A stretch of DNA of 64,000 bases from an uncultured Simplicispira sp. (GCA_964388325.1 CAYMAC010000005.1:63905-127904); one strand, 5' to 3'; positions 45,501 through 54,689 are shown, counted from the stretch's first letter. Numbers and translations: made by a program. The notes: generated by a model not told the origin, from the sequence alone.

Positions 45501-48299
45501 GCGGCGCTGCGCGACTACGCGCTGGCACTGGGTGTGCTGCCTTTGAGCGCGCAAGAGTCCCAACCCCGCTGGGGCCAGTCCGCCAGCGCCAGCCGCCAGC
45601 CCTCGGCCCCGGAGTGCATCCAGATTGTCAATGCCAAAGAACACAACCTCAAGGGCTTGTCGGTAGATATTCCTCGCGGGCGCTTCAATGTGATTACCGG
45701 CGTTAGTGGTTCGGGCAAATCGACGCTGGCATTTGATATTTTGTTCAACGAGGGCCAACGCCGTTATTTGGAGTCGCTCAATGCCTATGCGCGCAGTATC
45801 GTGCAGCCTGCTGGGCGGCCCGAAGTGGATGCCGTGTATGGCATTGCGCCCACGGTAGCGATTGAGCAGCGCTTGTCGCGGGGCGGGCGCAAATCGACCG
45901 TGGGCACTGCTACCGAGGTCTGGCATTTTCTGCGCCTGCTCTATGTCAAGCTGGGGGTGCAGCACTGCGTCCACGACGCTACCCCGGTGCAGCCGCAAAC
46001 CATAGCCCGCATCGCAGCGCAATGGCTGACGGAGTTTCGCGGCCAGCATATTGGCCTGCTGGCCCCGTTGGTGGTCAACCGCAAGGGCGTTTATACCGAG
46101 TTGGCCGATTGGGCGCGCCAGCGCGGCTACACCCATTTGCGCGTGGATGGGGAATTTTTGCCGACCACGGGCTTTCCGCGCCTAGACCGCTTTAAAGAGC
46201 ATTCCATTGAATTGCCGATACTCAGTTTGGATGTGGCCCCAGAGCAAGAGGCACTGTTACGCGCCGGTTTGGCACGAGCGCTGGAGCACGGCAAGGGCGT
46301 GGTGCAGGTGTTGAGCGATTTACACGGCCTGCGCGAGGCCATGCAAACCGGCAGCAGCACGGCAGGCATTGGGCGCTTGCAGAGCTATTCAACCTTGCGC
46401 GCTTGCCCAGTGTGTGCCACCAGTTATGCCGAATTACAGCCATCTCTGTTCAGCTACAACAGCAAGCATGGCTGGTGCCCGCATTGTGTCGGCACCGGCG
46501 TGCAATTGACGGCGGCCCAGCGCAAGGCGCTAGACGACTCGGTGCCGGACGATAAAGACAAAGGCCGCGAGCAAACCTTTGCCGAACCCGACATAGACGA
46601 TGTGGCCGATACCCCTTGCCCGCATTGCGAAGGCACGCGCCTGAACACCACCGCACGCGCCGTGCGCTTTGGTGGTCACAGCATCACTGAAGTGGCACGC
46701 TGGCCGATAGGACACATCCAGCACTGGCTAGACCAGCTGAGCTTGAGTGAGCGCGAAGGGGGCATTGCATGCGATTTAATCCCCGAAATCCGCAGCCGTT
46801 TGCAATTTCTGCAAGAAGTGGGTTTGGGCTACCTGACGCTAGACCGGGGCGCGCCCACGCTCTCAGGCGGTGAGGCGCAGCGTATTCGGCTGGCGTCGCA
46901 ACTGGGCAGCAACCTGCAAGGCGTGTGCTATGTGCTGGACGAGCCGACCATTGGCCTGCACCCCCGCGACAACCACATCCTGCTCAATGCCCTGCAAAAA
47001 TTGGGCGACAAGGGCAATACGCTGGTGGTGGTGGAGCACGACGAAGACACCATCCGCCGTGCCGAGCATCTGATTGACATTGGCCCCGGCGCAGGCCAGC
47101 GCGGCGGGCAGCTGGTGGCCCAAGGCAGTGTGGCCGACCTGACCGCCGCGCCCGACTCGCAAACCGGTCGCTACTTGTTGCACGCCATGCGCCACCCGCT
47201 GCAAGCACGCCGCGCTATTGACGACACCCCAGACACCACTTGGCTTACCGTGCACGGCGCGCATCTGCACAATTTGCAGCAAATCACCGCCCGCGTGCCC
47301 CTGCACCGGCTGGTGGCCGTCACCGGGGTGAGCGGTTCGGGCAAATCGACGCTGGCGCGTGATGTGCTACTGACCAATGTAGCCGCATGGGTACAACAGC
47401 GCAGCACCCATGCGGGCAGGCAAGCGATGGATGCAGGCCAAGCGCCACCGCTGCACGGCTGTACCGGCCTGCAAGGCTTTGACAGCATCAGCCGCGTGCT
47501 GGAAGTCGACCAAACGCCGATTGGCAAAACGCCGCGTTCTTGCCCAGCCACCTATATTGGTTTTTGGGACAGCATCCGCAAACTGTTTGCCCAGACGCTA
47601 GAGGCCCAAGCGCGTGGCTACAGTGCTGGTCGCTTTAGCTTTAACACCGGCGCGGGCCGCTGCCCCAGTTGCGAAGGGGCAGGCATCCGCACCATTGCCA
47701 TGAGCTTTCTGCCCGATGTGAAAGTGCCGTGCGAGGTGTGCCACGGTGCCCGTTTTAACCCCGAAACGCTGGCCGTCACATGGCGCGGCAAGCACATTGG
47801 CGAAGTGTTGCGTATGGAAGTGGACGAAGCGGTAGGCTTTTTTGCCTCCATGCCCGCCATTGCCCACCCGCTGCAACTGCTGCAAGACGTGGGCTTGGGC
47901 TACCTGACCTTGGGCCAGCCCTCGCCCACCCTGAGTGGCGGCGAAGCCCAGCGCATCAAGCTGGTTACCGAGCTGACCAAGGTGCGCGACGACATCACCC
48001 GCCGGGGCCAAAAAGCGCCGCACACGCTGTATGTGCTGGACGAGCCGACCGTGGGCTTGCACATGGCCGACGTGGATAGGCTGATTCGGGTGCTGCACCG
48101 GCTGGTGGATGGCGGCCACAGCGTAGTAGTGATTGAACACGACTTGGATGTGATTGCCGAAGCCGACTGGGTGCTGGACTTGGGGCCAGAAGGCGGCGAT
48201 GCCGGGGGTCGTATGGTGGCTGTGGGCACCCCAGAGGCCTTAGTGCAGGCGGGCACACACACTGGGCAGGCATTGGCCCCGGTGCTGGCGCGCTCCTAA
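42555..48299 (+). CDS. Tandem-duplicated UvrA-like ABC ATPase (two complete UvrA units fused, 1,914 aa)
   Basis: Uninterrupted ORF. Four Walker A 'G(P/V)SGSGKS' motifs at nt 42651, 44538, 45699 and 47325. Four 'LSGGE(A/V)QR' signatures. UvrA-type zinc fingers ('CPTCGGSG...CPDCHG', 'CPVC...CPHC', 'CPSCEGAG...CEVCHG'). Confidence 0.9.
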   Translation: MQDGLIRIRGARQHNLQNLDLDIRTGELTVVTGPSGSGKSSLVFDTLYAEGQRRYVETFSAYARQFLERMDKPAVDSIEGVPPAIAIDQTNPVRSSRSTVGTMTELNDHLKLLLARAGQLFDRQTAQPVRHDSPESIYAQLQHRCTATDPRLVLTFAVELPLDTSAEQVQQWLLASGFTKVQAQRSVETPNGPRQVLDVVADRFRIGKVEKARAIEAIELALQRGGGRLQVAVLHEGQGQEQAETWRFSTGLHCPDSDLRYSEPLPSAFSFNSAVGACEPCRGFGRVIGVDWGLVIPDGKRTLREGCIKVIQTPAWKEAQDDLMRHAEAEGIPRDTPWNLLTPEQQHWVLQGSPRWNGKWQQQWYGIQRFFVYLESKAYKMHIRVLLSKYRSYTECPHCAGARLKTESLLWRIGSQEDADAVLPPAQRFMPVGVAWSRAQLEALPGLCLHDLMRLPIARLRQFFERLDTTGQGGEAQALRLLHTEISTRLKYLCDVGIGYLTLDRQSRTLSGGEVQRINLTTALGTSLVNTLFVLDEPSIGLHPRDMHRITEAMLRLRDAGNTLVVVEHDPAVMLAADRIIDMGPGPGERGGQIVFDGSTDALRHADTLTGQYLGGRKHIGMGFVRPVNDATPRLLLEGVRAHNLQNLTVGFPLQRLVTITGVSGSGKSTLIQNVLAPALLRHFGLATEAPGTHDRLLGAEHLSSVVFVDQSPMGKTARSNPVSYVGAWDAVRELFATTPVSRQRGYTAAKFSFNSGDGRCPTCGGSGFEHVEMQFLSDVYLRCPDCHGQRYRPEILEVTLERTRPMPSGSAPDALETVVMNVADVLALTVSEAAVLFAQDHAVMAGLRPLLDVGLEYIRLGQPVPTLSGGEAQRLKLAGHLAEAGRTASKSRQPLARKGTLFLLDEPTTGLHFDDIAKLMRALRQLVDVGHSLVVIEHNLDVIRASDWLIDLGPEGGDGGGQIVAEGTPHELRQHPTSHTGAALRDYALALGVLPLSAQESQPRWGQSASASRQPSAPECIQIVNAKEHNLKGLSVDIPRGRFNVITGVSGSGKSTLAFDILFNEGQRRYLESLNAYARSIVQPAGRPEVDAVYGIAPTVAIEQRLSRGGRKSTVGTATEVWHFLRLLYVKLGVQHCVHDATPVQPQTIARIAAQWLTEFRGQHIGLLAPLVVNRKGVYTELADWARQRGYTHLRVDGEFLPTTGFPRLDRFKEHSIELPILSLDVAPEQEALLRAGLARALEHGKGVVQVLSDLHGLREAMQTGSSTAGIGRLQSYSTLRACPVCATSYAELQPSLFSYNSKHGWCPHCVGTGVQLTAAQRKALDDSVPDDKDKGREQTFAEPDIDDVADTPCPHCEGTRLNTTARAVRFGGHSITEVARWPIGHIQHWLDQLSLSEREGGIACDLIPEIRSRLQFLQEVGLGYLTLDRGAPTLSGGEAQRIRLASQLGSNLQGVCYVLDEPTIGLHPRDNHILLNALQKLGDKGNTLVVVEHDEDTIRRAEHLIDIGPGAGQRGGQLVAQGSVADLTAAPDSQTGRYLLHAMRHPLQARRAIDDTPDTTWLTVHGAHLHNLQQITARVPLHRLVAVTGVSGSGKSTLARDVLLTNVAAWVQQRSTHAGRQAMDAGQAPPLHGCTGLQGFDSISRVLEVDQTPIGKTPRSCPATYIGFWDSIRKLFAQTLEAQARGYSAGRFSFNTGAGRCPSCEGAGIRTIAMSFLPDVKVPCEVCHGARFNPETLAVTWRGKHIGEVLRMEVDEAVGFFASMPAIAHPLQLLQDVGLGYLTLGQPSPTLSGGEAQRIKLVTELTKVRDDITRRGQKAPHTLYVLDEPTVGLHMADVDRLIRVLHRLVDGGHSVVVIEHDLDVIAEADWVLDLGPEGGDAGGRMVAVGTPEALVQAGTHTGQALAPVLARS

Positions 48300-49543
48300 A
48301 ACCGCGCCAAGGCTTGCGCCCGCTCCGCCAGCCCCTGCGCGCAGGCGGCCGCGCTGGCCCAAGCCCACTGAAAGTTGTAGCCGCCCAGCCAGCCGGTAAT
48401 GTCCACCACCTCGCCGACAAAATACAGCCCCGGCTGGGCTTTGGCCTCCATCGTTTGTTGCGACAGCGCCTTGGTGTCAATGCCGCCCAGCGTGACTTCG
48501 GCCTTTTTATAGCCTTCGGTGCCGGTGGGTGTGAGTTGCCAGCGGCTCAGGCGCTCGGCCAGCCGGGCCAAGGCTTTGTCGGAGGCTTCGGCTATCGGGC
48601 GCTGCCAATCGGCCTCTTGGCTGGCCCAGGCATCGGCCAAGCGGCTGGGCACCAGCGTGGCCAGTTCATTGGCAATCAGTTTGCGTGAGCGCAGCTTGGC
48701 CTGTGCCAGCGCCGTGGGCAAATCCACGGTGGGCGCTAAATTGAGCGACAGCGGCGTGCCTTCTTGCCAGTAGCTAGAAATTTGCAACACCGCTGGGCCA
48801 GACAAGCCCCGGTGGGTAAACAGCAAATCTTCATCAAAGGCCATCTGGGCTTTTTTGCTGCCGGTGCTGATGGTCACGGGCAAGGCCAGCCCGGACAATT
48901 GGGCGTAGGGTGCCCAGTCTGCGCCATCAAAAGTGAGTGGCACTAAGCCGGGGCGGCGCTCGACCAGTGGAATATTGAATTGCTGCGCCAGCCGGTAGCC
49001 TATATCGGTGGCCCCAATTTTGGGGATGGACAGCCCGCCCGTAGCCACCACCAAGCTGGGTGCCTGTACCAAGCCTTGGCTGGTGTCGAGTTGGTAGCTG
49101 CCGCCAGATGCTGTAGCGACAAAACCGATTTTTTGCACCCGGCACGGTTGCCAGCGCTGCACCTGCCCGGCAGCACATTCGGCCAGCAGCATCTGGATGA
49201 TGTCTTCCGCCGAGCGGTCGCAAAACAGTTGGCCCTTGTGCTTCTCATGGAACGGGATACTGTGCTTGTGCAACAGCGCGATAAAGTCTTGCGGTGTGTA
49301 ACGTGACAACGCCGAGCGGCAAAACTGCGGGTTCTGGCCGACAAAATGCTTGTGTGGCGCGCGCACATCCAAATCGCGGTTGGTAAAGTTGCAGCGCCCG
49401 CCGCCAGAGATACGGATTTTTTCTGCTACGCGCTCGGCATGGTCAATCAACAGCACCTTCAGGCCGCGCTGACCCGCTTGTGCGGCACAAAACAGACCGG
49501 CGGCGCCGGCTCCAAGGATGATGGTATCAAAAGTAAGGCTCAT
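48296..49543 (-). CDS. NAD(P)/FAD-dependent oxidoreductase, HI0933/YhiN family
   Basis: 'IILGAGAAGLFCAAQAGQRG...ISGGGRCNFTN' is the characteristic N-terminus of this family. Confidence 0.8.
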   Translation of the reverse strand: MSLTFDTIILGAGAAGLFCAAQAGQRGLKVLLIDHAERVAEKIRISGGGRCNFTNRDLDVRAPHKHFVGQNPQFCRSALSRYTPQDFIALLHKHSIPFHEKHKGQLFCDRSAEDIIQMLLAECAAGQVQRWQPCRVQKIGFVATASGGSYQLDTSQGLVQAPSLVVATGGLSIPKIGATDIGYRLAQQFNIPLVERRPGLVPLTFDGADWAPYAQLSGLALPVTISTGSKKAQMAFDEDLLFTHRGLSGPAVLQISSYWQEGTPLSLNLAPTVDLPTALAQAKLRSRKLIANELATLVPSRLADAWASQEADWQRPIAEASDKALARLAERLSRWQLTPTGTEGYKKAEVTLGGIDTKALSQQTMEAKAQPGLYFVGEVVDITGWLGGYNFQWAWASAAACAQGLAERAQALARF

Positions 49544-49559
49544 GGGGCTTATTTAACCT

Positions 49560-50108
49560 TTAGTAACTGCGCCCGGCCTTAAACAGTGCATGTTGCCGCC
49601 GTTGCAAGGGACTGGCGGCTTCTAGCTTGGCCATTGCGCCACCGGCATGGGCGTGGGTAATGGCAATACCCAAGGCATCGGCGGCATCGGGGCCGGGCAA
49701 GCCCGGCAATTGCAACAGGCGTTGCACCATTGCTTGCACTTGCGATTTGGCCGCGCGGCCATGCCCGACAATGGCTTTTTTCATTTGCAGCGCGGTGTAT
49801 TCGGCCACGGGCAAATCGCGCGCTACCAAGGCCGTGAGGCAAGCACCACGCGCCTGGCCCAGCAACAGCGTCGATTGCGGGTTCACATTAACAAACACAA
49901 TTTCTACCGCTGCGGCATCGGGTTGGTAGCGCGCTATCACTTCGCCAATGCCATCAAACAGCACTTTGAGCCGCCCCGGCAAATCACCCAAGGCCAAGCC
50001 GGTGGTGCGGATGGTGCCGCTGGCCACATAGCTAGAGTGCTGGCCCTGCACATCAATCAGGCCAAAGCCGGTGGTTTGTAAGCCGGGGTCTATGCCCAAA
50101 ATACGCAT
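49560..50108 (-). CDS. ruvC: Crossover junction endodeoxyribonuclease RuvC
   Basis: '[16 protein letters not shown]' and '[13 protein letters not shown]'. ATG at 50108. Confidence 0.9.
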   Translation of the reverse strand: MRILGIDPGLQTTGFGLIDVQGQHSSYVASGTIRTTGLALGDLPGRLKVLFDGIGEVIARYQPDAAAVEIVFVNVNPQSTLLLGQARGACLTALVARDLPVAEYTALQMKKAIVGHGRAAKSQVQAMVQRLLQLPGLPGPDAADALGIAITHAHAGGAMAKLEAASPLQRRQHALFKAGRSY

Positions 50109-50122
50109 TAACTGAGGGAGAT

Positions 50123-50971
50123 TTAGGGCGTGGCAACCAGCAGGGCGCGCAGTTCGGCCAGCACCGGGGCGCTGGGTGGGCGCACGCCGCGCCAAATAGC
50201 AAACGCTTCGGCAGCTTGCTCTACCAACATGCCCAAGCCATCGCGGCCTTGGGCACCGTGGGCGCTGGCCCAGTCTAAAAAGCCTTGCGCGGCTGCGCCA
50301 TACATCATGTCGTAGGCCAAAGCGCCGGGGCGCAACACGCTGGCGGCCACGGGCACAGCAACGCCGGCCAGACTGCTGGCGCTGGCGTTAATCAGCAGGT
50401 CAAAATCGCTGTGGATGGCTTCTGGCGTAGTGGCCAGCAGTTGGCAACCATGTTGCGCTGCCAGCGGGGCATGGGCCGCCACCAAGGTTTGGGCTTTAGC
50501 CAAGGTGCGATTGGCCACCACTACCTGCCGTGGACGGCAGGCCAACAAAGGCCCGAGTGCGCCAGCGCCAGCGCCACCGGCACCAAGCAGCAAAATATCG
50601 CGCCCGGCCAAATCAAAATGGGCGTTGCGCGTGATGTCTGCCACCAAACCCAAGCCATCGGTGTTGTCAGCGATGATGGCACCGTCGTTAAAACTGAGGG
50701 TGTTGGCGGCACCGGCCAGCCGTACGCGCTGGCTGCATTGGCTGGCCAAGGCGGCAGCTTCTAGTTTGAAGGGCACGGTGACATTGCAGCCGCGCCCACC
50801 ACTGGCGGCAAAATCATGCACCGCTTGGGCAAAGCCATCTAAGGCTACCAAGTGGCGCTCGTAGCGTAGCTTCTCGCCAGTGAGTTGGGCAAAGCGGGCA
50901 TGTATCCACGGCGAGCGGCTATGCGCTACCGGGTTGCCCATGACACCATAAAAATCAGTGCTATCGCTCAT
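50123..50971 (-). CDS. aroE: Shikimate dehydrogenase
   Basis: '[16 protein letters not shown]' and '[11 protein letters not shown]' Rossmann motif. Confidence 0.9.
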   Translation of the reverse strand: MSDSTDFYGVMGNPVAHSRSPWIHARFAQLTGEKLRYERHLVALDGFAQAVHDFAASGGRGCNVTVPFKLEAAALASQCSQRVRLAGAANTLSFNDGAIIADNTDGLGLVADITRNAHFDLAGRDILLLGAGGAGAGALGPLLACRPRQVVVANRTLAKAQTLVAAHAPLAAQHGCQLLATTPEAIHSDFDLLINASASSLAGVAVPVAASVLRPGALAYDMMYGAAAQGFLDWASAHGAQGRDGLGMLVEQAAEAFAIWRGVRPPSAPVLAELRALLVATP

Positions 50972-51834
50972 TGCACGGCGGTCTCTAAAGTTTGGTCGCG
51001 GGTAAATTTGAAACGCGATACCACGGCGATTTGGTCGGCTTGGCGGCGCATGGCGGTGTTGAATGCCTCAAATGGCCCGGCAGCGCGGGCAATGGCTTCG
51101 GCGCGGCGGTCTAGCAGCCGGTTGCCCGAGCTTTGTACCACTTCGGTTTCTAGCACTTGGCCGTCGTGGTTGACGGTAACAATCATCGTCAACTCGCCGT
51201 AGATTTTTTGGCCGTTTTGTTCAGGAAAATTGGTGGTGCCTTTGTCTTCTACCTTGCGGCGCATGGTGTCGTAGTAGATGGCATAGACCTCATCGCGTGT
51301 GGCCGGGCTGATATAGCGCTTTTTGGGGCGGGCGTTTTCGTCGTTGATGCGTTTTTCAATTTCGGCCAGCAAGCGCAGCAATTGGCGGCGCTTTTCTTCT
51401 TGTTCTTGGATGGCTTTGTTGGCGGTGTTGGTGTTGGGGTTGGGGGGGGGCAAGTTGGCCAATTGTTGGCGCAAATGCGCCAGCAAGCGCATTTGCTGCA
51501 TGTGCAGTGCATCGAGTTGGCGTTGCGATTCTTCGTAATCGTCGCCCACTTTGGTTAAGGCCGAATAGGGCAGCGGGCTGGTGGCGCGGCCTTGGGCAGC
51601 TTCGCCACCACCGGCCAGCGCATTTTGGGCGATGGCTTGGGCTTGCTCAGGGCGCTCATCAGAGCGCGCATTGACCAAAATCACCTCCAGCGGTGTGTCT
51701 TGAAAAACCTTATGGAAGGCTTCTGGATGGACAAAACGCACCGTCAACAAAGCTGCATGGAGGGCGATAGAAAGCGCCAAAGTCCATTGCAGCGTGTTGA
51801 GCGAAGAAAAGAAGGTAGTGGTGGCTGGTTTCAC
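50968..51834 (-). CDS. TonB C-terminal-domain protein (TonB-like) with coiled-coil and Pro/Asn linker
   Basis: N-terminal TM segment 'WTLALSIALHAALL' and a C-terminal TonB_C-like 'GELTMIVTVNHDGQVLETEVVQSSGNRLLDRRAEAIARAAGPF'. GTG start. The stop overlaps the aroE ATG. Confidence 0.6.
   Translation of the reverse strand: MKPATTTFFSSLNTLQWTLALSIALHAALLTVRFVHPEAFHKVFQDTPLEVILVNARSDERPEQAQAIAQNALAGGGEAAQGRATSPLPYSALTKVGDDYEESQRQLDALHMQQMRLLAHLRQQLANLPPPNPNTNTANKAIQEQEEKRRQLLRLLAEIEKRINDENARPKKRYISPATRDEVYAIYYDTMRRKVEDKGTTNFPEQNGQKIYGELTMIVTVNHDGQVLETEVVQSSGNRLLDRRAEAIARAAGPFEAFNTAMRRQADQIAVVSRFKFTRDQTLETAVQ
51442..51450. repeat. G9 (C9 on the coding strand) homopolymer inside the TonB-like gene
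   Basis: Read directly: T GGGGGGGGG C at 51441-51451. It encodes Pro-Pro-Pro in 'ANLPPPNPNTNT'. Confidence 0.9.
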
Positions 51835-51843
51835 GGGGCCAGA

Positions 51844-53931
51844 TTATCCGACGCTAGGGGCGTTGGGCTTGTTGTTTTCTGTATCGGTGTCGGTGTCGGT
51901 CAAATCAACGGCGATGGCGATGGGGCCAGCAGCAAGGTCTTCTTCGTCCTCGGTGTCGGTGGCATCGGTGGTGGCTGCATCGATGGCGCTGTCTAGGCGT
52001 TCTAGTACCGTGCCATGCACATCCAAGGCCATTTCATCTACCTCTCCTAGTTTGACGCGCAAGCGCACACCACGCGGCAGGTTTTGCGCCCCCAGCACTG
52101 CAAACACCAGCGGCAGGGTGTCGGCGCGCACCAGGCAATCGCCGCCGGGCATCTCTTTCAGTACCGTGGCTTCTAACTCGGCAATAGCATTTTGTTGCAA
52201 GTATTTGAGCGTCCAGAAGCGCTCCATACTCGATTGGTAGCCGTTGTAGGCGCTGTAAGTGGCCTCAAAGCTGCTGATGATGGAGAACAATTCGGCATCT
52301 TTGGGCTTGAACGGCGCGGCCAGCGCGGCGGTGTTGCCGTGGCGCACACAGGCAATAATTTGCCACTGATTGACCAAATCGACATAGCGGCGCAAGGGCG
52401 AGGTGGCCCAAGCGTAGCTTTTAACGCCAATGCCCGCATGGGGCAGGGCTTTGGTGCCCATACGCACTTTAACGCCGGGGGCCATGCTGGCTTGGCTGCG
52501 GTAAATGCCGGGCACGCCCAACTCGGCCAACCAACTGCCCCAAGTGCTGTTGGCCACAATGGCGGCCTCGGCCACAATCAAATCGAGCGGCGCACCGCGT
52601 TGGCGCAGGCTAATTTCTACCGTTTCAGTGCCATTGGGCTCGGCCCCTTGGTTACCTTGCAGGCGGAAGTTGTAATCGGGGCGGTTAAAGTTTTCTGGTT
52701 TGCCGCGCACCACTTCGCGCTGGGCTTTGAGGTGCTGCGCTAGTCGGTACAAAAAGGCCAGTTGGGGCCGCAGTTCAGTGACCACTTGGGGGGTGTCGGG
52801 CACTTGGACGCACGCATCTTGCAGCCAGTTTTCGGTAACGATATGGTCTAGCTTGTCGTGGCGCAAGTTGGCGGCCACGGGCACGCGCTCTAATTTGGTT
52901 TGGGTGCTGGTGATTTCTAGCGTGGCTTCGTTGATGGTGACGTAGAGCGACACCGCCGGGTTGGCGCGGCCTTCGTCCAAGGTATAAATTTGCACCACGG
53001 CATCGGGCAGCATGGTAATTTTGTAGCCCGGCATATAGACGGTAGAGAGCCGGTTGCGCCCTAATTGGTCTAGCGGTGTGCCGGGCACCATTGCCAAACC
53101 GGGGGCGGCAATGTGGATGCCCAGCATCACGGTGCCGGTGCCCAAGCCTTGCAGCGATAGGGCGTCGTCAATCTCGGTGGTGTGCGAGTCGTCAATGGAG
53201 TAGGCTTGCACTGGGGCCAGCGGCAAATCTGTCGGTGGCTGGGGCGCTTCCAAGTTGGGAAAGCCCGTGCCTTTGGGAAAGTTATCAAACAAAAAGCGCT
53301 GCCAATGGAATTGGTAGGCCGAATCAATAGCCCCGGCTTTTTGCAACAAGGCCAAGGGCGCAGTGTGCGTGGCGCGGCTGGCTTCGACCACGGCTTTGTA
53401 TTCGGGCGCGTTTTTGTCGGGCTTGAACAAAATTTTGTACAACTGCTCCCGAATTTGGGGTGGGCACTGGCCTTGGCCCAAGGCTTGCGCCCAATCTGCC
53501 ACCTGTTGCAGGAGGGCTTTTTTCTTCTCAAGGGCGGCCAAGGCTTGTTGCAAGACTTCTGCCGAGGCTTTTTTGAAGCGCCCTTTGCCCGCACGGCGAA
53601 AGTAGTGCGGAGAGTCGTGCATACAGAACAAAGCGCCAGCCTGTTGGGCCAGCGTGGCTTGCTCAGAGAAGTAGTCTTTGGCCAAATCGACGAAGCTAAA
53701 TTCTTCGTCTGGGGCGAACTCCCAGGCCAAATCCAGTTCAATCTGGCTGGCGATGGCTTGCGCCTGCATCAGCAGCTCTGGTGGGCTGGGTTTGTCAAAT
53801 TTGAGCAGCATGTGGGCGGTTTTCACCTTGACCCGCTTGCCAGACTCCAGTTCTACCTGTGCCGAGGCCTCGGCTTCTGAGAGGATGCGCCCGGCCAGGA
53901 ATTTGCCGGAATCTTCAAACAATACATGCAT
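51844..53931 (-). CDS. RNB-domain exoribonuclease (RNase II/R family)
   Basis: 'YSIDDSHTTEIDDALSL' RNB catalytic motif. N-terminus 'MHVLFEDSGKFLAG' (ATG 53931). Acidic C-terminal tail with TDTDTD. Confidence 0.85.
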   Translation of the reverse strand: MHVLFEDSGKFLAGRILSEAEASAQVELESGKRVKVKTAHMLLKFDKPSPPELLMQAQAIASQIELDLAWEFAPDEEFSFVDLAKDYFSEQATLAQQAGALFCMHDSPHYFRRAGKGRFKKASAEVLQQALAALEKKKALLQQVADWAQALGQGQCPPQIREQLYKILFKPDKNAPEYKAVVEASRATHTAPLALLQKAGAIDSAYQFHWQRFLFDNFPKGTGFPNLEAPQPPTDLPLAPVQAYSIDDSHTTEIDDALSLQGLGTGTVMLGIHIAAPGLAMVPGTPLDQLGRNRLSTVYMPGYKITMLPDAVVQIYTLDEGRANPAVSLYVTINEATLEITSTQTKLERVPVAANLRHDKLDHIVTENWLQDACVQVPDTPQVVTELRPQLAFLYRLAQHLKAQREVVRGKPENFNRPDYNFRLQGNQGAEPNGTETVEISLRQRGAPLDLIVAEAAIVANSTWGSWLAELGVPGIYRSQASMAPGVKVRMGTKALPHAGIGVKSYAWATSPLRRYVDLVNQWQIIACVRHGNTAALAAPFKPKDAELFSIISSFEATYSAYNGYQSSMERFWTLKYLQQNAIAELEATVLKEMPGGDCLVRADTLPLVFAVLGAQNLPRGVRLRVKLGEVDEMALDVHGTVLERLDSAIDAATTDATDTEDEEDLAAGPIAIAVDLTDTDTDTENNKPNAPSVG

Positions 53932-54040
53932 GGCGTTATTGTCCCATGCACGGCCAAAGCGCGGCCATAAGAACTGTGGCAAGCTTGCGCCTTCTTTCTT
54001 ATTTGGCTGCACCCTGCGCCAGCTTTTGGCGTTTTCATCG

Positions 54041-54679
54041 ATGCTTCAATACCTTACTGTTCCTGTAACACCGTTTGAGCAAAATTGCTCTATTGTGTGG
54101 TGCGATGCCACCCACGAAGCCGCCCTGATTGACCCCGGTGGCGATATTGAGCGCCTATTGGCCCAAGTGCAAGGCTTGGGCCTGAAATTGACCCAGCTGT
54201 GGCTGACCCACGCCCATATCGACCACGCCGGTGGCACGGGTGAATTGGCTGAGCGTTTGCATTTGCCCATCATTGGCCCACACCCCGGCGACCAGTTTTG
54301 GATTGACGGCCTGCCCATGCAGAGCCAGCGCTTTGGTTTTCCGCCAGCGCAGCACTTTACGCCCACACGTTGGTTGGCTGATGGCGATACCGTGACGGTG
54401 GGCAACGAAACGGTGCAGGTGCGCCACTGCCCCGGCCACACGCCGGGCCATGTGGTGTTTTATGCGCCGCAAATAGAGCGCGCCTTTGTGGGCGATGTGC
54501 TGTTTGCTGGCAGCATTGGGCGCACGGATTTTCCGCAAGGCAACCACGAGCAGCTGATTGACAGCATTACCCAGCGCCTGTGGCCGATGGGTGATGCAAC
54601 GGTGTTTATTCCGGGCCACGGCCCCGAAAGCACCTTTGGCCGCGAGCGCCGCAGCAATCCTTACGTGGGTGGGACTTAA
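54041..54679 (+). CDS. MBL-fold metallo-hydrolase (glyoxalase II-like)
   Basis: 'LTHAHIDHAGG' HxHxDH motif. ATG at 54041. The track ORF 53678.. is antisense to the RNase gene and is rejected. Confidence 0.8.
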   Translation: MLQYLTVPVTPFEQNCSIVWCDATHEAALIDPGGDIERLLAQVQGLGLKLTQLWLTHAHIDHAGGTGELAERLHLPIIGPHPGDQFWIDGLPMQSQRFGFPPAQHFTPTRWLADGDTVTVGNETVQVRHCPGHTPGHVVFYAPQIERAFVGDVLFAGSIGRTDFPQGNHEQLIDSITQRLWPMGDATVFIPGHGPESTFGRERRSNPYVGGT

Positions 54680-54689
54680 AGACGACGCG

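Noticed and set aside
45264-46136. 290-aa minus-strand ORF (and several others of 100-330 aa, e.g. 32086-33087, 43038-43940, 25593-26366, 54155-54955)
   Set aside because: All are nested antisense to genes with strong motif support (uvrA-like, RND, kinase, MBL/MATE). Their compositions are typical of out-of-frame GC-rich sequence.
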